Shown here piece after piece: positions 38,001 to 50,824 of a stretch of 64,000 bases of DNA (position 1 is its first letter; the number at the start of each line of letters is the position of its first letter). The DNA is from Eledone cirrhosa (lineage: Eukaryota), in NCBI GenBank assembly GCA_964016885.1, contig OZ024749.1, forward strand, positions 11,594,001 to 11,658,000. The letters are read 5' to 3'. The notes beneath the pieces were generated by a model. That model saw nothing but the letters and a program-made list of their open reading frames with translations. It searched no databases and was not told where the DNA came from. The position numbers and the translations under genes are program-made.

Positions 38001-41000
38001 CCAATGGACCTCATGTCACTGTCCAGTGTCCCCTCATGTCACTGTCCAGTGTCCCCTCATGTCACTGTCCAGTGGACCTCATGTCACTGTCCAATGGACC
38101 TCATGTCACTGTCCAGTGTCCCCTCATGTCACTGTCCAGTGGACCTCATGTCACTGTCCAATGGACCTCATGTCACTGTCCAATGGACCTCATGTCACTG
38201 TCCAGTGTCCCCTCATGTCACTGTCCAGTGTCCCCTCATGTCACTGTCCAGTGTCCCCTCATGTCACTGTCCAGTGTCCCCTCATGTCACTGTCCAGTGG
38301 ACCTCATGTCACTGTCCAGTGGACCTCATGTCACTGTCCAGTGTCCCCTCATGTCACTGTCCAGTGGACCTCATGTCACTGTCCAGTGTCCCCTCATGTC
38401 ACTGTCCAGTGTCCCCTCATGTCACTGTCCAATGGACCTCATGTCACTGTCCAGTGGACCTCATGTCACTGTCCAGTGGACCTCATGTCACTGTCCAATG
38501 GACCTCATGTCACTGTCCAGTGTCCCCTCATGTCACTGTCCAGTGGACCTCATGTCACTGTCCAATGGACCTCATGTCACTGTCCAGTGTCCCCTCATGT
38601 CACTGTCCAGTGGACCTCATGTCACTGTCCAATGGACCTCATGTCACTGTCCAATGGACCTCATGTCACTGTCCAGTGTCCCCTCATGTCACTGTCCAGT
38701 GTCCCCTCATGTCACTGTCCAGTGTCCCCTCATGTCACTGTCCAATGGACCTCATGTCACTGTCCAGTGTCCCCTCATGTCACTGTCCAGTGTCCCCTCA
38801 TGTCACTGTCCAATGGACCTCATGTCACTGTCCAGTGTCCCCTCATGTCACTGTCCAGTGTCCCCTCATGTCACTGTCCAGTGTCCCCTCATGTCACTGT
38901 CCAATGGACCTCATGTCACTGTCCAGTGGACCTCATGTCACTGTCCAGTGTCCCCTCATGTCACTGTCCAGTGGACCTCATGTCACTGTCCAGTGTCCCC
39001 TCATGTCACTGTCCAGTGTCCCCTCATGTCACTGTCCAGTGGACCTCATGTCACTGTCCAGTGTCCCCTCATGTCACTGTCCAGTGGACCTCGTGTCACT
39101 GTCCAGTGGACCTCATGTCACTGTCCAGTGTCCCCTCATGTCACTGTCCAGTGGACCTCATGTCACTGTCCAATGGACCTCATGTCACTGTCCAATGGAC
39201 CTCATGTCACTGTCCAGTGTCCCCTCATGTCACTGTCCAGTGTCCCCTCATGTCACTGTCCAGTGGACCTCATGTCACTGTCCAATGGACCTCATGTCAC
39301 TGTCCAATGGACCTCATGTCACTGTCCAGTGTCCCCTCATGTCACTGTCCAGTGTCCCCTCATGTCACTGTCCAGTGTCCCCTCATGTCACTGTCCAGTG
39401 TCCCCTCATGTCACTGTCCAGTGTCCCCTCATGTCACTGTCCAATGGACCTCATGTCACTGTCCAGTGGACCTCATGTCACTGTCCAGTGGACCTCATGT
39501 CACTGTCCAATGGACCTCATGTCACTGTCCAATGGACCTCATGTCACTGTCCAGTGTCCCCTCATGTCACTGTCCAGTGTCCCCTCATGTCACTGTCCAA
39601 TGGACCTCATGTCACTGTCCAGTGGACCTCATGTCACTGTCCAGTGGACCTCATGTCACTGTCCAATGGACCTCATGTCACTGTCCAGTGTCCCCTCATG
39701 TCACTGTCCAATGGACCTCATGTCACTGTCCAATGGACCTCATGTCACTGTCCAGTGTCCCCTCATGTCACTGTCCAGTGTCCCCTCATGTCACTGTCCA
39801 GTGTCCCCTCATGTCACTGTCCAATGGACCTCATGTCACTGTCCAGTGGACCTCATGTCACTGTCCAGTGGACCTCATGTCACTGTCCAATGGACCTCAT
39901 GTCACTGTCCAATGGACCTCATGTCACTGTCCAGTGTCCCCTCATGTCACTGTCCAGTGGACCTCGTGTCACTGTCCAGTGGACCTCATGTCACTGTCCA
40001 GTGTCCCCTCATGTCACTGTCCAGTGGACCTCATGTCACTGTCCAATGGACCTCATGTCACTGTCCAATGGACCTCATGTCACTGTCCAGTGTCCCCTCA
40101 TGTCACTGTCCAGTGGACCTCATGTCACTGTCCAATGGACCTCATGTCACTGTCCAATGGACCTCATGTCACTGTCCAGTGGACCTCATGTCACTGTCCA
40201 ATGGACCTCATGTCACTGTCCAGTGTCCCCTCATGTCACTGTCCAGTGGACCTCATGTCACTGTCCAATGGACCTCATGTCACTGTCCAATGGACCTCAT
40301 GTCACTGTCCAATGGACCTCATGTCACTGTCCAGTGGACCTCATGTCACTGTCCAGTGTCCCCTCATGTCACTGTCCAGTGGACCTCATGTCACTGTCCA
40401 ATGGACCTCATGTCACTGTCCAGTGTCCCCTCATGTCACTGTCCAGTGGACCTCATGTCACTGTCCAATGGACCTCATGTCACTGTCCAGTGTCCCCTCA
40501 TGTCACTGTCCAGTGTCCCCTCATGTCACTGTCCAGTGTCCCCTCATGTCACTGTCCAGTGTCCCCTCATGTCACTGTCCAGTGTCCCCTCATGTCACTG
40601 TCCAATGGACCTCATGTCACTGTCCAGTGGACCTCATGTCACTGTCCAGTGGACCTCATGTCACTGTCCAATGGACCTCATGTCACTGTCCAATGGACCT
40701 CATGTCACTGTCCAGTGTCCCCTCATGTCACTGTCCAGTGTCCCCTCATGTCACTGTCCAGTGGACCTCATGTCACTGTCCAGTGGACCTCATGTCACTG
40801 TCCAGTGTCCCCTCATGTCACTGTCCAGTGGACCTCATGTCACTGTCCAGTGTCCCCTCATGTCACTGTCCAGTGTCCCCTCATGTCACTGTCCAATGGA
40901 CCTCATGTCACTGTCCAGTGGACCTCATGTCACTGTCCAGTGGACCTCATGTCACTGTCCAATGGACCTCATGTCACTGTCCAATGGACCTCATGTCACT

Positions 41001-41738
41001 GTCCAGTGTCCCCTCATGTCACTGTCCAGTGTCCCCTCATGTCACTGTCCAGTGTCCCCTCATGTCACTGTCCAATGGACCTCATGTCACTGTCCAGTGG
41101 GACCTCATGTCACTGTCCAGTGGACCTCATGTCACTGTCCAATGGACCTCATGTCACTGTCCAATGGACCTCATGTCACTGTCCAGTGTCCCCTCATGTC
41201 ACTGTCCAGTGTCCCCTCATGTCACTGTCCAGTGGACCTCGTGTCACTGTCCAGTGTCCCCTCATGTCACTGTCCAATGGACCTCATGTCACTGTCCAGT
41301 GTCCCCTCATGTCACTGTCCAGTGGACCTCATGTCACTGTCCAGTGTCCCCTCATGTCACTGTCCAGTGGACCTCATGTCACTGTCCAATGGACCTCATG
41401 TCACTGTCCAGTGTCCCCTCATGTCACTGTCCAGTGTCCCCTCATGTCACTGTCCAGTGTCCCCTCATGTCACTGTCCAGTGTCCCCTCATGTCACTGTC
41501 CAGTGGACCTCATGTCACTGTCCAGTGTCCCCCCATGTCACTGTCCAGTGTCCCCTCATGTCACTGTCCAGTGTCCCCCCATGTCACTGTCCAGTGTCCC
41601 CTCATGTCACTGTCCAGTGTCCCCTCTTGTCACTGTCCAGTGTCCCCCCATGTCACTGTCCAGTGGACCTCATGTCACTGTCCAGTGGCCCCTCATGTCA
41701 CTGTCCAGTGGCCCCTCATGTCACTGTCCAGTGGACCC
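35020..41738. repeat. 22/23-bp minisatellite, ~300 units, three interspersed variants
   Basis: CTCATGTCACTGTCCA followed by GTGGAC, ATGGAC or GTGTCCC. Confidence 0.98.
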
Positions 41739-42129
41739 TTGCTTTACAACACCCCTGGCATGAGTGTGTGTGTTCTAGTTATTTAGTCTGCACACGAAAC
41801 TAACATGCAAGTGGCTGAGCATTCCACAGTCATGTGTACTCTTAATGTATTTTATTCGGGTGATTTAGTGTGCCACTGTGTGTGATAAGGTTGTCTCTTT
41901 AAATTGTAGGTTCAGACCATTTGATTTGCTCCCATACAGTTTCTGTCCACCCAGTCTCACAAGACATGGGTCGATCCAAGGTTACTTTATATGATGTCAT
42001 GCTGTGGTATTGAACCTGGTACCATGATTGTAAAGCAAACTTCTTAACCATTCAGCTATATTATGACCAACAATACATCAAACATTTTCTGGCTATTTTC
42101 CCTGCTGACACAGGAATTAATGTTATTCG

Positions 42130-42390
42130 TCCTAACATACCTTTCTGATTATGGACATGTGATGCGCATGGAGGATGAAGAAGTGCCAGGAAGTCCCAGT
42201 GGAGGGAAGACGCAGTAGAGGTAGATCACGAAAAATATGGGCGGAGGTGGTGAGAGCAGACCTCAGATCGCTGAAACTCACCGAGGAGATGACGAAGGAC
42301 CGTGACAAGTGGAGAGATGCTGATAGGACTCGTCCAACTCCTGCAAGCAGGGAAAAGCGGACGTAAAATGATGATGATGATGATGATTAG
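42130..42390 (+). mobile_element. RTE 3' end fragment with (GAT)n tail
   Basis: YGHVMRM, GRRSRGRSRKIW, DRDKWR. Confidence 0.75.
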
Positions 42391-42689
42391 TTAGTTGGTA
42401 TTTGTTACATAACAAAGGTTCATACATAAAATGATGGAACAGTTTTAGATTAATATTATCGTAAAGTGGTTGTGTAGGTGTCACAACAAAAAGCACCCAG
42501 TACTCACTGTAAATGAGGTTGGTGTTAGGAAGGGCATCCAGCTGTAGAAATCAAGCCAGAATCAGTTCCCGTATGAACAAGACATGGTCACCTGACCTGG
42601 CATTGACTACAATAGGAGAATTTGTTTAACCCATGCTAGCGTGGAAGAATGGATGTTAAATGGTAATGATGATATATGTGTCTCTTTCT

Positions 42690-43680
42690 ACCTGAGGACT
42701 CTTTCAGCTTCCACATCCTTCTCCCCCAGGTTGCCCTCAGTCTCCAGGTTTGTCTAGCTCTAACAGTGAAGTCGCTAGCTACCAGGTTACGTTGGGAGGT
42801 GCATTCCTCACCAGGGAAGGATTTCATGTTTACCACTGACACTCTATCTCTTCTTCTGATAAGGATAAAATCTATCTGAATAGCATGTTAACCAGATCTA
42901 CAGGTGATCAGGTGGTTGTTAGGTTTTTTTGAAGTTTGTGTTACATATCGATAGGTTATTGGTGTCACAAAATTTTAGGAGCCTGAAACCTTCATTTCTT
43001 GCGCCAAACCTGTAGCCTCAATTGAATCTGTAGAAGCCATCACAGTGTTTCCCAACATGTCCATTAATTAGAAAGATGATTAGGAAGTCACTGTCATCTG
43101 TTAGCTTTGTGGTGTGCATTAGGGATTCGTAAAACCTATCTTTGAGTTTGTCTGACAACTCAGATTGGTGTGCGTATACAGATATAATTGTAGCCATTGT
43201 TCTATTTAGGACTAGTCTGAGTTTAAGGATTCTTGCGTTCACTCTATTTACTGAGATTACCTTATCTACCCATTTGTCAGCTAATAAGATACCTACTCCC
43301 ACCCTCCCCCAGAAAAATTTTTAGCATTGTTTTTTGCCTACCAGGAGTCTAGCTAACTCTCCTCTCCATCTTACACATAACATACATCAATTTTCTTCTG
43401 CTCTAACATCTCTACAACTTCTCCTGTTCTTCCTTTCATTGTACTCACATTGACGGTGCCAATTTGGAAGTTTGGGTATTTGCCATCAGTGGTGGAGGAG
43501 GAGGAAAGTGGGGGTAGATATTTGTTGGGGTTGGGATGGATGTATGCTTTCTGTATCTGAAATGAAGAGGGTTCGCATGGTTGCCTGGAAACGCATTCAT
43601 TCATATTTATATTTAGGGTTGCTCCATCATTTCAGCCCGTCTACAATAAACGAAGGTCACCAAGAACAGAAAAGATAGTT
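42690..43680 (-). mobile_element. RTE LINE 5' fragment (APE endonuclease)
   Basis: IGTVNVSTMKGR, GVGILL, ISVYA, NGHVG. Confidence 0.82.
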
Positions 43681-43823
43681 GTAGTAGTAGCAGCAGGAGT
43701 AGTAGTAGCAGCAGCAGCAGCAGTAGTAGCAGCAGCAGTAGCAGCAGTAGTAGTAGCAGCAGTAGCAGCAGCAGGAGCAGCAGTAGTAGTAGCAGCAGCA
43801 GTAGTAGTAGTAGCTGTTAGCAG
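43678..43823. repeat. (AGT/AGC)n trinucleotide tract
   Basis: Direct inspection. Confidence 0.9.
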
Positions 43824-43954
43824 TTATTGATACAGATTGTGAAGGTATCTTTGTATTGCTATGGTTTGGTTGGTCTAAGGTGGTGTGTGGGGGTGGTAGG
43901 GAAATGGTGAGGTAAGTGAATAGATCACCATTTATAGATACATGGAAATAGAAT

Positions 43955-44410
43955 AGAGCTGATGGGAGTGAATCCCGACAGAAGAGCTGATGGGAGTGAA
44001 TCCCGACAGAAGAGCTGATGGGAGTGAATCCCGACAGAAGAGCTGATGGGAGTGAATCCCGACAGAAGAGCTGATGGGAGTGAATCCCGACAAGAGCTGA
44101 TGGGAGTGAATCCCGACAGAATAGCTGATGGGAGTGAATCCCGACAGAATAGCTGATGGGAGTGAATCCCGACAGAAGAGCTGATGGGAGTGAATCCCGA
44201 CAGAATAGCTGATGGGAGTGAATCCCGACAGAAGAGCTGATGGGAGTGAATCCCGACAGAAGAGCTGATGTTAGTGAATCCCGACAGAAGAGCTGATGGG
44301 AGTGAATGCCGACAGAAGAGCTGATGGGAGTGAATCCCGACAGAAGAGCTGATGGGAGTGAATCCCGACAGAAGAGCTGATGGGAGTGAATCCCGACAGA
44401 ATAGCTGATT
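43955..44410. repeat. 28-bp tandem repeat, ~16 copies
   Basis: GAAGAGCTGATGGGAGTGAATCCCGACA, with a GGGA/TCCC hairpin in each unit. Confidence 0.95.
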
Positions 44411-45961
44411 ACAGTGAACGTAACCCTTTAGAATTTACATTATATTTACTATTATAGTTTCATGGTAGGGCAGTGGATTGGCAGTATCGGTAGAGGGTCG
44501 GACGCCATGCTTTGCAGCATAGAGTTATGACCCTTTATGATCTGAGTTCAAATCCCGCCGAGGTTAACTTTGCCTTTCATCCTTACAGGGTTGGTAAAAT
44601 AAAATACCAGTAATGCACTGGGGTCGATATAATCGACTTTCCCATACTCCCAAATTGTTGGCTTTGTGCTTATATAAGAAACCATTGGCAGTATCGGTAG
44701 AGGGTCGGACGCCATGCTTTGACGCATAGAGTTACGGCCCTTGCCATTCCGAGTTCAAATCCCGCCAAGGTTAACTTAGCCTTTCATCCTTACGAGGTCG
44801 ATAAAATAAAGTACCAGTAATGTACTGGGATAATTGCTGGCCTTGTGCCTAAAGTAGAAACAATTATATTTTCATGGTAAACACTTTATTTCACATGATA
44901 TCGAATCTATGAGATTTTGATATTATTTATTTTGAGAACAATACCTTAATGTAGGTATGAGCGGCCAATTATGGCTGGTTTGAACAGAAAGAGGTGAGAG
45001 AATTCTGGCCAGATATGGCTGGTTTAACTGCTAAAGGGTTAATTGAACAGGAGACAAGAAATAAGCTAATAAATAGCCATTGTTGATAGGATACATGGAT
45101 TAGATAAATGAAATAGGGTAGATCTGATGTTTATTGAAAACATGAACTAGAGCTGTTGTTTATATTAAATTTTGGAATTCGTAAGTTATAGATGGGCCTA
45201 AAATGATGTTGGAGAAGTCTACATATGTGATAGTTCAGGCAACATGTAGTGACGGAATGAAATGAAATGGGTTAATAGAGATTCAACATGTGATACAGGG
45301 CTGGACTCTTTGAATCACAAATACAGCTCATTTCTTTTCCCAGCTGACTGGAATGAAGCAATGTGAAATAAAGTGTCTTACACATCATCATCATCATCAT
45401 ACATCCATTTTCCAAGCTTGCATGGATTAGACAGGTTGTCATGTTATGAGACAATTTAGGTCAGGAGACCATGTCTTGCTCATATGGATCTATATTTTGG
45501 CTTGGTTTCTACAGCTAGATGCCCGTCTTAATGATTTTTGTTGTGGCACCAAAATTAACATCTAACAAGATAGACACTTTTTGTCGTGCCACCAGCATGA
45601 CCACCTTACAGGATGGACTGGGCACTTTTTGTTGTGTCACCAGCACTACCACCTTACAGAGTGGACTGGGAACCTCTTGTCATATCACCAACACTACCAC
45701 CTGACAAGGTGGACTGGGAATGTCTTGTCATGTCACCAGGACTACCACCTTACAGAGTGGACTAGGAACCTCTTGTCATGTCACCAGCACACCAGAAACA
45801 ATACCCTTGTGAGGAATTGAACTCATGACATGATGGTGAGCCAAATACCCTAACCACCAAGCCATGATGACCTCAACTAAGGAAGTTAAATCACCACTAT
45901 ACCATAAATCGTTATTGTTTATTAATAATACTATTAACTATAATTTAATTTACTTAAACAG

Positions 45962-46129
45962 ATCGGCAAGATGGATGAACGTTTGCCCCAACATATCAAG
46001 TTCACAATTTTGTCTGGGGATAAAGGATTTTATGAAGTCAGCCACCAGTTTAAAAATTCCAAGAGACTTATACAAATTGTGGACCCACACAATTTTACAA
46101 GACAGTCATATAACTCCATCTTTCAGTAA
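45962..46129 (+). CDS. ZNF451: ZNF451-like last coding exon (IGKMDERLPKHIKFTILSGDKGFYEV...IVDPH...*)
   Basis: AAACAG acceptor phase 0; TAA at 46127-46129; matches ZNF451 GRLDEQLPKQIPFTILSGDQGF; AATAAA at 46211. Confidence 0.93.
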   Translation: MGKMDERLPQHIKFTILSGDKGFYEVSHQFKNSKRLIQIVDPHNFTRQSYNSIFQ

Positions 46130-47769
46130 TCTCAACTTTAATATAACATAAAAAATATATATTATTTTGTAATTTATGATCTATTTGTTATATAGTTTTG
46201 TAATCTTTCCAATAAAATATGTTCTTATCTATATATGGAGATTCTATATATGGACATATATTTTGAAAGTATGTTAACTTAAAGTAAGCTGCATCAGTAC
46301 AGGTGTTTCAACTATAAGAAATAGTTGAACAAGTCAGGTAATATTGCCTGTAAGTTAGGATCCCACAGGCGATATTGTCCACACCTCTAGGGGCATGTCC
46401 AGTGATGGACATGTGGGACTGTGGCAGGCAATGGAAGAAGATTTACTTGCTTTTAAATTGATGACCAGAGGTGAGAATCTTTTTTTTTTTCTGATATCAA
46501 ATCATCTGCAAGGGATTTCAATTGATCATAACCATCATCATCATCACCACTGACAACAGCAGCAGTCATAGTGCCATGCTTGTGAAGAACTTTAGTGCTG
46601 TAGTTATGGTGTATCATCAATGGTATTGTCTCAAAAAGGATATTTTACTTGATAATATACGATTGTCATATTCACCAACAGTATGTGCACATTCTCTCAA
46701 ATGGACAACAACCCTTTCATACCAACCCACCCAAAACTGGCTGTGGTTTATATGGACCAAAACCACTTATTTTAAAGGGTTTCTATTTAAGTTGAAACTT
46801 TTATCAGAATTTTATATAGGGACCATATGTGAAATCACTATCGTAGTAATGGAATAATGAATAATTTGAGTGAATCAAATCAAATACAATGTAGTTAATT
46901 AGAAATATGGTAATGAAGGGGTTAATGTCTCTGTTAGAACAGCTTCAGACTTATCAAGCTGGCCGCTGCCTTTCTCTTGGATATCATCGATAGAGTGGAG
47001 AGAGGAGACTTGCCTGGCTGACTGCTGGTCTTCCATAAAACAGCTTCAATGAGACTTATCAAGCTGGTCACTGCCTTTCTCTTGGATAATAAAGTGGAGA
47101 TGGTTGACTGCTGGTCTTCCATAAAAAACACCTTGCCTAGGTTTGCACTTTGGAGAGAAACTTTCCAGGTAGAAATCCATGATCAGTTATGACCAAAGGA
47201 GATTTATTATGTTAGGAGACCAAAAACTGCTATTGTTAACTTTGTCCTTCAGTTCTCTGCAGGAATCTACACGTGTTCATTCATCTTCACCACCTTCTCT
47301 ATAAATTTCAAGCATTTGCCTTTGCAAAAAAAAAAAAAAAAATCAACATTAAGTCTTTTTGTGCTGTTTTTTTTTGTATTTTACTGTTCCAGGCCAGGAT
47401 TATATTTTAATTTTTCTTTTTTTCAAATCAATTGTTAAACATAAAATAAAAGCTATATTTGGATTGAATATACTTTATTTTGTTTCTGTTTATTTCCATG
47501 TTGTACTTCATAAACTAAATTAAAATGTCCATGTAGGGTTGCAGAAGGGTTGCCAGCTAAAATATATACCTGTATGTATATCACTCAACAACTTAACTTG
47601 TTTATTACTATATTTCTAATAAAAAAAACACTGCCCTGGATTTTCAATTAATTTTGAAAATAATCAAGAATTTAGAAGTATTTCGTAATGTAATTACCTA
47701 TCTCATTAATAGAGGTAGACTGGTTGGTTAGGTAGAACATGTAATTAATTATGTCAATTGACTTTGAAA

Positions 47770-48050
47770 GAAATATATGCCGGCCTCCCACACATATGTT
47801 GTTGTACGTAAAAGGAGAGTAAGATTTGCTGGCCACTGCCATTATGTCACCTCTGAGACTGTCCCCACTAGTGCTTTGGAAACCACAAGCAGTCACTAAC
47901 AACAAGGGGCGCAAGCTCTCCTATCCCGATGTCATCTCCAGAGATTCTGGTATTGAAATCCAGGAGTTAGTAACAGCAATGAACGACAGACCCACGTGGA
48001 GATCAATTGTTGAGTCCATTTCGGCTGAGGCCACTTGATGATGATGATGT
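47770..48050 (+). mobile_element. LINE 3' fragment with (GAT)n tail
   Basis: AGHC, LVLWKP, GRKLSYPD, AMNDRPTWR. Confidence 0.65.
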
Positions 48051-48884
48051 CGTTAATAGAGTGGTGGTCTTGGCAGTATTTACTTATGACTTTCTACATT
48101 CTGAATTGAAATCCTGTTACTGTCAACTTTGCCTTTCACCCTTCTGAGGTCAATATAATTGACTTTCCCCCAAATTACTGGCCTGGTGCCAGTGCTAGGA
48201 AGATTTATTAACCCATTAGCATTCACATTACTCTACCATAAAAATATAATAGTATATATAAAGGCTTTACCTCACATAATTATCTCACATAATTATCTCA
48301 CATAATATCGAATCTATGAGATTTTGAAAGTATTTATTTTGAGAACAATACCTTAACATCAGTTTGAGTGACCAGTTACAGCCAGTTTCAACAGAAAAAG
48401 GTAGAGAATTTTGGCCAGTTTCAATATTAAAGGGTTAACTTAGTATTTTGAATATATAATTTCTGACATAAAATTACAATGAAAGGTTTTTAGGTAAATA
48501 TAAACATTTTATTACAAAGTTTTGTATCATAAAAGAGGGGGCAATTTCAAGCAGGCTGATGAAATCAGTAACAGCTGCAAGTTGTAGAGGCAGGGTTGTA
48601 TCAGTATTTAATTCCATCTCTCTGGATTCTAAGATCAATTGCTGTCCCAGCTCGGCATTCTGATTTACATGTGGCTACATGATGTGGGGTTCCATTGGAG
48701 ATAAGGTTTTCATGGTCTCCGGCTGGAAACATAGACACTTTGGGATAGTGTGAAACATATCAACACTCCTTGCTGATTTAACAGTCACAGAGGAAGTGTT
48801 GAACAAGGAGGCCACTGAATGTCAGACACACATCTTGGATTTTATAGAAGACAGACCCTCGGCAGAAGTTAGAGGTGAGCAGCG

Positions 48885-49055
48885 GCAATAGCTAGAGGGT
48901 CAGGGAGCCCCACCAAAGCTACCGAGGGTCAGGGAGTAGTGAGCCCCACCAATAACTACTGAGGGTCAAGGAGCCCCCACCAATAGCTACTTAGGGTCAA
49001 AGAGCCCCCACCAGTAGCTACTGAGGGTCAGGCAGTAGAGAGCCCCACCAATACC
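48885..49055. repeat. Degenerate ~31-40-bp tandem repeat
   Basis: Repeated GAGGGTCA.GGAGCCCCACCAATAGCTAC. Confidence 0.7.
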
Positions 49056-49598
49056 TATTGCAGACATGTATAGGAATTTTTAGGCAAGCAGGTAAAATTT
49101 GTCTTTGTATTTCCAGTGTCAATACAAGTTGTATGATGGTAATAGAGGTTGATTAAATTCAGTCTTCCTACTTTCATTGATCTTGTACCTGAGCAAGAAT
49201 TTAATGTTAACCATTTTGATACAAACCTGCTTGGAAGTGCCCCTGATTTTACATGCCACATTGTATCCTTCAGCAAGATACTTTCTTTTACATAGTTCTA
49301 GTCTACTCAGCTGAAAGAAAGAAATGTTTACTAGTGACAGCCAGGGGATAACACCTGCAATAGACAGATGTCAGGTCCAAGGGAAAGAGACTAGAGCCCC
49401 TATGATTAAAAAAACCTGAGAAACCTCCTATACAATGCAACTTTGGGGGCCAGCTAAACCTTCATGTGTGAGCTGTAACAACAACTATTACATATGCATG
49501 CATCTTAAGCCACAACTACTGCTGCATATATAGACAGGAGAACAACACCATTCTCACCCAGTAAATTTGGATTAGTATTTGAACCACCATGTAAAAAA

Positions 49599-50112
49599 CA
49601 CCACACTAAGCCACACCACACTACACTATGCCACACCACGGCACACTACACACCACACCACACTACACTACACTCCACACACCACACCATACCACACCAC
49701 ACCACTCTACACTACACTACACTACACACCACTCTACACCACACCACGCCACTCTACACCACACTACACACCACACCACTACACACCACACTACACACCG
49801 CACTGCACTACACACTACATCATACTACACTACACTATGCCATACTACACTACGCCACACTGCAGCACACTACACCACACCTCACCACACTACACCCACC
49901 ACACCACACCACACCAAACTACACCACACCACACCGCACCACACTGAACCACACCACACCAAACTACAGTACACTACATTACACTGCACTGCACTGCACC
50001 ACACCGCAGTACACCACACCACAGTACACCAAACTACAGTACACTACACTGCACCACACCACACCACAGAACACCACACCAAACTACACCACACCACATC
50101 TCACCACTATAC
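49599..50112. repeat. (CACAC/TACAC)n pentamer microsatellite
   Basis: Direct inspection. Confidence 0.92.
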
Positions 50113-50824
50113 CATCTGTCACATAATAGCTACACTATGAGACAATGTAGTAATCAGATCATTACTAAAACTGATTATCTATCAACTGTCTCAAATGATG
50201 AATATCTTAGTCAACACACTCTACCCCACATCAGTCACCTTTCACCTAAATCAAAAGATTTCTGAAAAAGTAGGATGAAAAATCAAATTGATTATTCCCT
50301 TTTTAGAATTATTTACCCTTTTGTTATCATTTTACCATATTTCTAATGAAAGACACTGAATAGGATTTTAAATAATCAAGGATTTGGAGGGATTTAGTAA
50401 TATGATAACTTTCTCATTATTAAGTTGATGTTTGGAACATAACTTAACCCCTTAGCATTTACTGGCCGTTTTCTGATATTTTCAATAAACATCAGATCTA
50501 CCCTATTTCATTTATCTAATCCATGTATCGTATCAACAATGGCTATTTATTTAGCTTATTTCTTGTCTCCTGTTCAATTAACCCAGTTAAACCAGCTATA
50601 TCTGGCCAGAATTCTCTCACCTCTTTCTGAGCAAACCAGCCATAATTGGCCATTCAGAGTGATGTTAAGGTATTGTTCTCAGAATAAATAATATCAAAAT
50701 CTCATAGATTCAATATTATGTGAGATAAAACCTTTACCACAAAAATACAATAGTATATATAGAGCAATGTAAATGCTAAAGGGTTAAATGTTCTTACATA
50801 AAATTATGATGGAAGGGGTTTTTA

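Noticed and set aside
35016-41803. Three ~2250-aa ORFs
   Set aside because: Artefact of a stop-free 22/23-bp satellite: open in all three frames, unit length not a multiple of 3, and intronic.
34400-44410. CRISPR-like arrays
   Set aside because: Repeats are head-to-tail with no unique spacers, there are no cas genes, and the context is eukaryotic.
45864-46151. ORF-track 95-aa protein
   Set aside because: Wrong frame; the real exon is the overlapping frame 45962-46129 encoding the PIN C-terminus.
49579-50140. His/Thr-rich ORFs
   Set aside because: Pentamer microsatellite translation.
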